Shown here piece by piece: positions 54,201 to 64,000 of a stretch of 64,000 bases of DNA. The translations under genes were made by a program, and so were the position numbers. Location: positions 62,001 to 126,000 of the forward strand of contig RSEE01000072.1 of assembly GCA_003971905.1 (NCBI GenBank). The letters run 5' to 3'. Origin of the DNA: Moniliella sp. 'wahieum' (lineage: Eukaryota). The notes beneath the pieces were generated by a model. The model was given only the letters and a program-made list of their open reading frames with translations, did no database searches and had not been told where the DNA came from. The number at the start of each line of letters is the position of its first letter. Position 1 is the stretch's first letter.

Positions 54201-54456
54201 CCTGGAGGACCTTGTGGACGAGGATGAGCGCTTTGAACGTCTGGATCTCGTCGCCGAGGATAGGCTGGACACGGAGGCCGGTCCAGAAGGAGACGGAGGT
54301 GTGGTAGTCCCAGGTGTAGACGATGCACTTGCGCACATGCTTCTGCTTGGGCGATGTCTCCTCGGGGCTGCACGCTTTCTTGATGTGCATGGCCAGCTCG
54401 GACTCGGCCTTGTCGCGGTCGACGGGCCGGGAGGGCAGGTGGTCCGCGTAGGGCAT
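51205..54456 (-). CDS. SLA2: Endocytic adaptor Sla2/End4 (ANTH, coiled coil, I/LWEQ domain)
   Basis: KACSPEETSPKQKHVRKCIVYTWDY, HKVLQEGHP, long coiled coil, FYKKNNRWTEGLISAA, EMEQQVEVLKLEKEL; intron 53875-53965; frameshifts around 51.9-52.4 kb. Confidence 0.97.
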
Positions 54457-55575
54457 GGCGGGCAGGCGGCGGGGCGAGAGAGATGGGATGGGACGAGATG
54501 GGATGGGAGTAGATGGAGATGGAGGCGCCGCAAGCGCACGGCGGCTGCGCTCCCCGCTGCCTGTCGCTGCGATGCGCAATTGCATGCTCTGAGCGCTGAG
54601 CCTCAGCGCTGAGCTAAGCCCCACCCGCCCAGCTTCCGCCCCACACTGGCGCCCTGCCCGCCCGCGCACTCTGTGCGGTGGCTTGCGCCGTGCGCCCTCC
54701 TCGCTCTGGCTTAGGTCAGCGCACCTGGCCACGTCACCGTCGGCTGACTCGGGTCTCTTCGTTGACGCTCTAGTGTTGCTTGCCCTGGATGGGTTCGATG
54801 CGTAGCTAGCTGGATGAGAGATGGTCGGCAAGGCAGATAGATTCCCAGCCCGTCCCCGGCCATCCAGCGCGCTGCCCCACGCTACCCCACACAACATCCC
54901 GCCGGCACGTCCCCATCAGCATCCCCAATCCCATGTCCCATGTCCCCCCCTCCGTTGCTCATCACCCGGTCACATCCCCGATCACTCGACCAATATCACC
55001 GGGCATGCCAGTGCCTCCTGTTTTGCCGGTTGGCCCGCATCACACTCGATCGAGCCGACAAAGAGAGCTAGTAGGACCGAGTTGGTGCCGTTGAACCAAC
55101 ATTGTCTCATGGACCCCTGTTGACAGCAGTCCTTTGTCCCCGAGGTGTCCAGTCTGCCGTTGTCCCTCCGTCCCCGGGAGCAAGAGACGCCCGGATGGTC
55201 GATGGGATGAGAAGGGTAGGTCGCGACAGTGTCTCCGCGCCTGTGTTAGAGCTTGCTTGTGTGTAGCCATGCACTTGTACCCCCCTCGGTTCAGTTCAAT
55301 ACCGCCTCGTTTCAATGTAGAGCAGTGTCCTATACCCTGTTCACTCCCTGTCTGACGGAGGTGCTGTCAGGCGACGGTCACATCGTCCCCAAGGAAAGCT
55401 CATGCAGCAGTGGTGGGGGGGAGACCGGCCAGAATCCCAGCGACGGATCATCTATATCCTCTAATCTGAATGATCAGAGTAGAGTGTCGTACCCCGACCG
55501 AGTGACAGATGGGATGCTCTGTACCCTAAATTTTTTCTGTCCGGCGTTGCTACCAAAAAAAGGATCTCTAGATCA

Positions 55576-55770
55576 CATCCATTTCATTGACAGAGCTTAA
55601 GGCTGGGACAGGAGGAACGCTACGTCTAAACCTAACTGTTCATCTTGCGGGGTTCCTTGGAAGCGCCACTAAGGTCAATGAACCAGGGGGATCGCCAGGA
55701 TATCAGGACCCTCCGGCTCTCGCCATCCGGTCCCGTACCCTAGGAAGCGCGTGTGGACATGGATGAACGT
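55576..55770 (-). mobile_element. 195-bp 3' end of the CRE-like retroelement, fused to the SLA2 fragment
   Basis: Reverse complement of ~11844-12040 (TFIHVHTRFLGYGTGWREPEG...CCCAGCCTTAAGCTCTGTCAATGA). Confidence 0.8.
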
Positions 55771-56814
55771 AAGTTGGGTGGATCGCGGTTCAACGTGGGC
55801 ACCTGGATCAACCAGGTCAGATACTCGAGGTTGACACACTCGTTGTAAAACCGTCGGAGGTTGTGTGCTGGTGGTTGTAGCGCTGGCGTAATGGCTCAAT
55901 CGCCTCCTCGGCGCCCGTGCGACGGTACATGGCACGCAACATGGATGTCAGGAACTTGTAGATGCCATACGACTCTTTCACTTGCGGCACCAGGGCCGCG
56001 ATCCGCAACTCGTTGTTCGTCCCGTCGCGGAAATGGGCAAAGACCATCTTTGCGAACGAGTCAATGTTGTCCTGCAGGTTCATCAGGTCGGAAATCGTTT
56101 CGGATCTGTAGGGTGGACAGCGTCAGTACACACATGCACACATTTATACACACACTGTGCGAGGGGGAAAGCAAAGGTAGTACCACATACCCCTCATCGG
56201 GATTGTCAATGTTTTGAGGGAATGTACTCCTCGTACTCAAACAGGCCATTGAATTCGCGGTGGGTGCGGTGGAAGCGGAGCTTGGCGAGGATGAGGCGGA
56301 CATAGGCCTGGATGAGCGGGACATAGTTGGTGGAGCCGGGAGAGGTGGACTCGGACATGCGGGTGGCGGTCTCGAGCCAGGCGGTGTGCAGCTGCGCTTC
56401 GCGGAGGACAATGGGGTGGCCTTCCTGGAGGACCTTGTGGACGAGGATGAGCGCTTTGAACGTCTGGATCTCGTCACCGAAGATAGGCTGGACACGGAGG
56501 CCGGTCCAGAAGGAGACGGAGGTGTGGTAGTCCCAGGTGTAGACGATGCACTTGCGCACATGTTTCTGCTTGAGCGATGTCTCCTCGGGCTGCATGCCTG
56601 CTTGATGTGCATGGCCAGCTCGGACTCCACCTCGTCGCGGTCGACGGGCCGGGAGGGCAGCGGGCCCGCGTAGGGCATGCGGGCGGGCGGCGGTCGGGCG
56701 AGAGAGACGGATGGGACGAGGTGGGACGAGATGGGATGGGAGTAGATGGAGATGGAGGCGCCGCAAGCGCACAGCGGCTGCGCGCTGCGATGCGCAATTG
56801 CATGCTCCCTGAGC
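55771..56814 (-). pseudogene. SLA2: Partial duplicate of SLA2: upstream ~135 nt, exon 1, intron 1 and start of exon 2 (ANTH domain only)
   Basis: Colinear copy of 53539-54594 with the intron retained (56106-56190), several amino-acid changes (DHLP>GPLP, DKAE>DEVE, ILGD>IFGD) and small indels. Confidence 0.92.
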
Positions 56815-56835
56815 CCAGTGAACTATCTCCCTTTC

Positions 56836-56879
56836 GAATCCTTATCATTGACAGAGCTTAAGGCTGGGACAGGGGGAAC
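56836..56879 (-). mobile_element. 44-bp 3' end of the CRE-like retroelement
   Basis: Minus strand reads GTTCCCCCTGTCCCAGCCTTAAGCTCTGTCAATGATAAGGATTC, with the same boundaries as 11269-11310. Confidence 0.65.
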
Positions 56880-58266
56880 ACATAACGCAGACCCCATGTT
56901 TCTTACGTCATGCTTACCTATTTGTTTGCGCAGGCGGAATACACGACGAGCCTTGAGGGAGCCCGACCCACGCAAGGAGGGAGACAAGGGAGAACGTGCC
57001 CCCCCGCTCTCCGTGACAGACGACGGCCGAGGGACACGTACGACTGTGTGAAGATACTCTACCTGGTTAGAATCTGTAAGAAAAAAGCGAACCCCGTAGC
57101 GAGTGCACTCGCGATAGCAAGCGGTGTGCAGTGGTTCAAGTATTGAATCCCTTTCTATTGCACTCTGGCTTGTGCCAAGACGCTGGCGACGACGCAAGCG
57201 ACGGTCCTGTGCTTGACATCGTTCGGCTGATCTCACTCCCATTTCCAACTTCTTCGTCCATGAGCGTCTCGTCTCGCACTACCGTCCCTGTTCTTCCCAT
57301 TAGCACCATCCAGTCTTCTGCTCTTGCTTCCTCCCCACGAACGATTGCTACGTCCCTTGGCCTAGGACCTTGTCTTGACTCTGGTTTTACTCGCCTTATA
57401 ACCCCGTCGGACCGCGTGACAGAGGGGGTACTGCTGATGTCCAACAGACCCTCATATAATACGACAACTGCTCTTCCTGCTGGACTGTGGATTGATATCC
57501 AGCCATCTCTTCTCTTGTCTCTCGTGTAGAACCGGCTACCAAAATGGAAGCTTCCCCCCCCCTTCCGCGGCATAGTGCAGCCGCTCTGGACCGGCCGACC
57601 GTCGGTGATGGTAACCCACGATGGATCGTATCGGTGCTAGCGGTACACTGATCCGACAACTGGTAATCCAGTCTTCTCTGGGTAGCCTATCCGTCTTGAG
57701 AGGACGTGGTTGAGCAACTAGAACCGAAGCACGGAATGTTGGGGTTCCGGTTGCGTGACAGAGCTTTACTGAACAGGGACGGTATACCCCCCCCCCCCCC
57801 CCTCGCTATGAAATCCAAAACCCCGAATCCAACAGCACAACACCACCCGACGCTTTCTTCTGCATCAGTGCACTAGTCGAATTCAATGAGCCTGATTCTT
57901 CGAATACCCACGATCTTTGCCCTGGGAGTGGCTTCTGTGGTGGGCTCAGTGCTCATGCTCATATCGAAGGAAAAGTGTGGGTATAAACAAATGCTAAATC
58001 TCGGTTGCCAGATGCTCGGGCAGTAGGGTTAGGTCCCTCAAGAGCCTGTCAACATGTCAATACGCTAGGTTGGCCTGTCCGTTCCGCCCTCGCGCTGAGG
58101 CGGTCCCAAAAAAACCTCCCCCCAAAACCAAATCTTGAGGACGAGAATAGAAGCCGTCCCCCGCCCCTCATCACCCACTACCAACCACCACCACCACCAG
58201 CAGCTCTACCCTTTGTCCCCAGCCACTTTTTGCGTGGCATCTGTACCTACTTTTGAGCTACGTGCC

Positions 58267-59509
58267 ATGTCCAGTACCGACTCGAGTATCCCGCGTCGGG
58301 GTTTGGCGCGCCGGCTGAAGATGCGCCCATCCCGCCCGAGGCGCAGCCCCTGGCCGAGACGTACGACCCGTTCCCCCAGTTTAATACACGGGCGCGCTGC
58401 GCGCCGTCTACCCGCTCACGCCCAAGTCCAAGATCCCTTCCTCGGTGGTGAAACCCAACTACCAGCGCGAGTACCTGCGTGAAAGTGTACGCTCTTCTTC
58501 CTTGGTGTGGCGTGAACTTTTGGGTGGGGGTCTGGCGCTTGCGCTTGCGCTTGAACTTGAGCTTGAGCTTGCGCTTGCGCTTGAGCTGATGTGGGGTTGA
58601 GTTTGAGTTTGAGTTTGAGAGAGAAAGTACTGACTGACCTTGGTTCAGATGCCCACCAAGGCGATCAAGATCAACACGGAGGAGACGATTGCCGGGATGC
58701 GGAAAGCGTGTGCGTTAGCGCGCGAGGTGTTGGACATTGTGGCTGCGCATGTGCGACCGGGGGTGACGACGGACTACCTGGACCAAATTTGTTTTGCGGA
58801 ATCGATCAAGCGGGACTGTGCACCGTCTCCGCTTGGGTACCATGGGTATCCCAAGAGCATTTGCACCTCGGTGAACGAGGTGATTTGTCATGGGATTCCC
58901 GACCAGTACGTGCTACAAGATGGGGATGTGATTAATTTGGATGTGACGCTTTTCCACAAGGGCTATCACGGCGACTTGAACATGACCTACCCTGTGGGAC
59001 CTAAGGCGTGCGAACGAGCAGGCCATGACGCTGATCAAGACGGCGCGGCAGTGCTTGGACATTGCGATTGCGCTCTGTGGTCCTGGCATTCCGTATGGCG
59101 CGTTGGGACATGTGATTGAGCCTGTTGCCGAGGCACGCGGGTGCTCCGTCGTGCGCAACTATACCGGCCACGGTATTGGTAGGGACATGTTCCATGGTCC
59201 GCCTACTGTGTTCCACCACCGCACCAGAAGGCGTATGGCGTCATGCAGCCAGGCCACATCTTTACCATTGAACCGATGATCAACTTGGGATCGGACTGGC
59301 GCGACGTGAGCTGGCCCGACGACTGGACTGTCGCAACCGCTTCGGGTCAGTGGTCGGCCGCGTCGGAAGAGACGCTGCTCATCACTGAAACGGGTGTCGA
59401 GGTGCTCACGGCCCAGGGAGGCGCCAAGGCCTACGATACCACCAAGCGGCGCCAAGCTTGGGCGCGTGCCGAGCACGCCAAGGCCGAGGCTAAAAAGCAG
59501 GCCAAGTAA
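58267..59509 (+). CDS. MAP1: Methionine aminopeptidase type I without N-terminal zinc finger
   Basis: [61 protein letters not shown]; intron ~58485-58648; frameshifts. Confidence 0.92.
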
Positions 59510-59711
59510 AATCGCCTGCTTGCGCTATGGCACCAGCTGCGTCGCAGCATGGGAATGGATCTCTGTGTCGCATTTGGAACCAAGAGGAGGAAAAGGGATG
59601 CGCGGACTCGAATACAGAGGTGGATCAGAGAGAAGACCCGGGTGGAGGAGCGTGGTGGACAGAGACGCGGTGCGCGTGGGCGTACCAGGAAGGAAATGTT
59701 GGGGGGGGGGG

Positions 59712-60089
59712 TTAGCGCGACTGGGCCTTGTACTCGGACATTTCGCGCTCGGATCGCGCTTGTCCTGCTCAGCCAGGGCGCGGAACGACTTTTTTTCGCG
59801 CTCGTTCAGCCCTTTCCATCTCTGGCCGAGTATGCGGCCTATATCGCCTAACGCCCAGGGGGAGGTGAGCGACCATGAGCACGAAAGGGGTGAGATACCG
59901 TGAGCACGAAAGGGAGGGGTAGCATACTGAAGGATGCGCCTGGATGGTCCTGGCGGACGCGTGACGGGCAGCGAGGGCAAAGAACATGTAGGCGGTGCGC
60001 GCGCGCTTGGGCTTGTGTGGGTCGCGGGGGGGCTTGGAGCTGGCCGACACGTGTTTCTTGGGCGGCGGGCTGGGCTGGGAGGGCGGCAT
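59712..60089 (-). CDS. NHP6: Small HMG-box chromatin protein (Nhp6-like), one intron
   Basis: RDPHKPKRARTAYMFFA...DHPGASF|GDIGRILGQRWKGLNEREKKSF..LAEQDK. Confidence 0.85.
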
Positions 60090-60440
60090 GGGCGTGAGGG
60101 GACGGCGTGGTGTGAGGGGGGGGGGGTGGGGTGGGTTGTGGTGTTGTGGTTGGCATACACTCTTGCTTGAGTATGCCCACCAATGCGCTCGGCCTGCTTC
60201 CCTCACAGACAGCCGCCCCGAACGATTAATGAGGTGAAATGCAGGCACCACTAACCCTAAGGTCACGTGCCCAGTTGCACCGATGCACCCTGGCTTTGGA
60301 GATGGGTTTGTATTTTTTTGTATTTTGTTGTGGCCGCCGTATTTTGATTTTTCTTTTTGCGGCTGTGGGCCCAGCTGCTCCCACTCGAGCTGCTGCTCCC
60401 GCCTCATCACCACCGCCCACACCCGTCTCGGCCATCCACC

Positions 60441-62374
60441 ATGTCGCCTCCGCCTTCTGAGCAGGCGCCACCCGCCGCTGCCGACGTCTCCAGCACCCCT
60501 GCCCTCCCCCCCACCCAATCCTCTGTCCCCCGCCCCGACGACGTCCAGGTAGCCCAGCCCAGTCTGGAAGAACTGCGCAACCGGGTGAAAGCAACCATGG
60601 CCCAGCGCAAGCCTGCTCCCTCTGCCCCCGCCCCCCACGCTTCTTCTTCCTCGTCTTCTTCCTCGTCCTCGTCATCGTCCCCTGGGTCTGACTCGGACTC
60701 TGACTCGACCTCCGATTCGGACTCGGACTCGGACTCCAGCACCATGTCCGCAGGCAAGGCTGGGGACTACAAGTCGCTTGTGCGTCGGCGCGCGCAGCTG
60801 GCCAAGCTATTGGCCGAGGCGCAGGAGCAAGGGGAGAGCGAGAGTGAGAGTGATCCTGAGCCGGAGCTGGACGTGGAGCAGGTGGAGGAGGTTCCCGGTG
60901 GCGAGTCGGACGAGGAAGATGGTGGGTCACGGAGCAAGTTGCAGGGCGCTGCCCACGCCTTGTTCCATGGTCCGGCAACTAAGAACGAAGTACACGACGT
61001 GCCTGTGGGCGGGGTGAATCCTGTGCCACTCCCAGCTGGCTTGGCTCCCGGTGACCGAATTGCCGACCGCACGCGGCTGCATTACCTCGGACAACTGCTT
61101 TCTGTGATTGACGATGCGGTGGTGGTGGTGAAGCAAGATGTGGAGGGGGGAGGGGGCGCGCTCCCCCGTGCGCGTCCGGGTCAAAACGTGTTACCATATG
61201 GAGGCAAGCTGCGTGCTGCCGGTCCGCATGCGGAGGTATACGCTGTGATTGATACTGGTTCGACGTTGACGTTGGAGGATGGGACGGTGGTAGGGGCAGT
61301 GTTTGAGACGTTTGGCTCGTTGCAAGAACCGTTTTACTCGATTCTCTTGCCACCGACCAACCCTTCGTCTCAGGCACCTACGAATCGATCGCAAGAACCT
61401 GCTCCCCTCCCCCCCGCATCGGCCGAAGCTCAGCACGCGCAGGGGCAAGCACCACCTCAACCGCAGCAAGACTCTTCCACGGCGGATCCGGTGCCTGTGG
61501 AGGACACCACCATGCCCAAGGAGAAGCAGTCCACGACAGAACCAGACGAGGCACCTGTGCTCGCTTCAGGTACTGCCCCAACCTCCTCGGTCGATCCTAC
61601 GCCCCCTGCTGTGCCAGCTTGCAGTCCGCCTGCGACACAGACCGCCTTCCGCGCAATCGATTTGCCGATGGGAACCAAGATCTACTTTGACACGCAGACA
61701 TGTTCGATCGTGGAGACGGCGGCGCTCAAGTTACTACCCAAGGGCAGCGACGCTAGTAACATCCACGACGAGGAGGTGGGGGAGGAAGAGCAGGAGTACA
61801 GTGACGACGAGGCGGAACAACAAGCGCGTCGAGCGCGCAAAGCGCACAAACGTCCAGCGCAAGGCACTCTGCCACGGGAAGAGAAACGTGCACCGTCAGC
61901 CCGCGAATATTCTCTCCCTGGCGCGCCCTATGACCATCCTATGACCACCTACCATCCCAGCGCGGGACGAGGGGGACGCGGTTCGGCCCGGGTCGCGGTC
62001 GTGGCCGTGGCGGCAGAGGAGGAGGAGGAGGAGGAGGACCAGCACCGGGACCTTATTCTTATCCTCACCAGGCGCACGGGGCGCCCTCTGTACCCCCTGC
62101 ACCGGGATACGGGTATGCGCCGTTAGCCTACCCTGCTCCTGCTGTGCCTGGCGGCGCTCCTTGGCCATACTGGCCCGCACCGGCGGCCGCTCCTCAATGG
62201 CCCGGCCCTCCACCGCCATCTGCATACCCGGGCTACGATCCGGCTGCGCCAGGTTACCAGCCTGCGTCCGCAGCACCTCCACCAGGTTACCAGCCTGCGT
62301 CAGCAGCATCTCCACCAGGCTACCCCCCGCGCCTGGTGCGCCCCCGCCGGGCAGCTACTGAGCTCGCTCACTAG
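60441..62374 (+). CDS. NAF1: H/ACA snoRNP assembly factor Naf1 (Gar1/Naf1 domain)
   Basis: Ser/Asp-rich N-terminus, TKNEV, VGAVFETFGSLQEPFYSI, KGSDASNIHDEEV...EYSDDEAE, RGG then Pro/Tyr-rich tail (frameshifted). Confidence 0.9.
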
Positions 62375-63405
62375 TAACTATTCAATCGAGACCCACGCGA
62401 CCGTGGCAATGGTGCATGGCAATGCCACATGGCAGGATTACATGGCTTTGTTCTCGCTTGGCGAGATGGGAGGGGACTGGACAACTTGTGTTTCTGCGCG
62501 GGCTCAGGACCAGGCCCAGGGCAACCGGTAACACACACAGGGTAGGTTGTAGACCCCAACGCTGATAGAGCGGATCAGTGCGCCGTTCTTCGGGTGCGGG
62601 GCAGCTGGCATGACGGATGATGCATGAGATGCGCCATGTGACGTGTGACATCCAGGGAAGCTTCACACACCTCGTCCCCAGCGCCTTTCCGGATATTTCA
62701 GGCGTCTCTGACCTCCCCGCCTCGGCCACCCCGCCTGGAGCACGTGTGGGGCTGCGGGATAGTCGACGTATAGTGCAACTAGCTGTGGTTATCTCGAGCT
62801 GGCCATCGATGCTCATTACCATTGGGGTCTGCCCAGTGCGGCCTGTTTGGAAAGCTGCTGGTGCGAACAAGATCAGCCGGATCGATGCGTCCATCGTCCA
62901 ACTGAACGTTCAAATTCAAACGAGGGAGGGTGCAACCCTAGCACTGAGCCTCGGCTCGGCTGCTGCGTTTGGCCGCGCCCTGCCGCCCAGCGCCCAGCAG
63001 GGCTGTCGCGGGTGGCGCAGTGGCGGCACGGCGTACGGCACAGCGCCAGTGTGGCGCGCAGACGCGCGCGCGGCGCGTCGCAGGCGCGCGCACCGCCCGG
63101 CACAGCAGCAGTGTGCGCCCCGACACTCGTCACACGCCGTGGCTGCTGTGGGATGTCACCGATCGTCTCACCACTCACCGCCCAGCGCTCCTCTCCTTTC
63201 TCATCGATCAGCCATCCTCTCTGCGGAGCGAAGGCTTACAGCAGACACCGCCTCGCCATCACCATCGCCTGCTCCATCTCCATCTCCATCTCCCCCTCTG
63301 TCTCCACCACCACCACCACCACCTCCACCGCCACCTCGCATCCCCCGCCCGCCCTTCTCCCTCGCGGCCCCACGCCCTGCCTCGTGCGTGCGTCCGTTGT
63401 CCCCG

Positions 63406-64000
63406 ATGAGTAGCAGCGCCGACGTGATCACCCAGGTCGCTCCTGAAGCCAGCGCTGGCCTCCTGCCCCTCCGTCGTCCTCTCCCGCTCGCCGCTGCCCT
63501 GCCCTCGCCCGAGCAGACACAACAAGCCATCCACGCTGCTGAACATGCTGCCCGCGCGCACCTTTACCAGCAGCGCCGCCACATCTGTCTTGCTCAGCAC
63601 CTTCCACCTCCCTCCACTCCACCGCCCACTCCGCCCACTTCCCCCCCGTCCGCCCTTGCGTCGTCAGCGCCTCCACCGGCGCCCCGTCCGTCCGACTCCA
63701 CCGCCACTGCTGCCCCCTCGTCTTCCCGTACCACCATCGCCTCTCCGTCGGTACATCCACCGCCTCCCCGTCCGTCCGATTCCACGAGCCCTGCTGCGCC
63801 CTCGTCCTCCCGTGCCACCATTGTATCCCCTGCACAGGCCAACCAGGCTTGCTCCGATGCCGATGCCGTGCCTGATCCTGCGCACCCCCCAACCTCGGGC
63901 CCTACACCCGTATCTTCTTATCGCACCCCGGGTGCACCATTGCGTGGTCAGGCTCAGGCTGGGCCAAAGGACGCCTACGCCTCCTCGCCGCCGCTGTCGC
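63406..64000 (+). CDS. Possible 5' part of a low-complexity Ser/Ala/Thr/Pro-rich protein running off the window
   Basis: ATG after a pyrimidine-rich leader, coding-like composition, internal ~60-bp duplication (~63683 and ~63768); no recognisable motif. Confidence 0.3.
   Translation, partial: MSSSADVITQVAPEASAGLLPLRRPLPLAAALPSPEQTQQAIHAAEHAARAHLYQQRRHICLAQHLPPPSTPPPTPPTSPPSALASSAPPPAPRPSDSTATAAPSSSRTTIASPSVHPPPPRPSDSTSPAAPSSSRATIVSPAQANQACSDADAVPDPAHPPTSGPTPVSSYRTPGAPLRGQAQAGPKDAYASSPPLS

Overview
Eukaryotic, intron-containing, GC-rich fungal DNA, most likely a basidiomycete (possibly Ustilaginomycotina; that assignment is inference). Housekeeping genes: SWT1-like PIN nuclease, MAG1-like glycosylase, complex I NDUFB8, ERD1-like EXS protein, secreted GH128, pyruvate decarboxylase, SLA2, a methionine aminopeptidase, NHP6 and NAF1. 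There are also two intron-containing tRNAs (Ser-TGA, Thr-AGT) and four OPT oligopeptide transporter paralogs. Nearly every gene, including conserved ones, carries single-base frameshifts, so the sequence probably contains long-read indel errors and CDS ends are approximate. Three unexplained structures stand out. (1) Intergenic tandem arrays of many different 7-bp units share one grammar, the palindrome nnTNAnn, and at least one array arose after the repeat it sits in. (2) A family of 5'-truncated CRE/Cnl1-like non-LTR retroelement 3' ends is dispersed here, and one copy is fused precisely to an intron-retaining copy of the 5' third of the neighbouring SLA2 gene. (3) A ~450-bp LTR-like repeat brackets the tandem OPT genes in direct orientation. 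The 31.5-42.7 kb region looks like decayed DNA transposons (Mutator-like and CACTA-like, low confidence).
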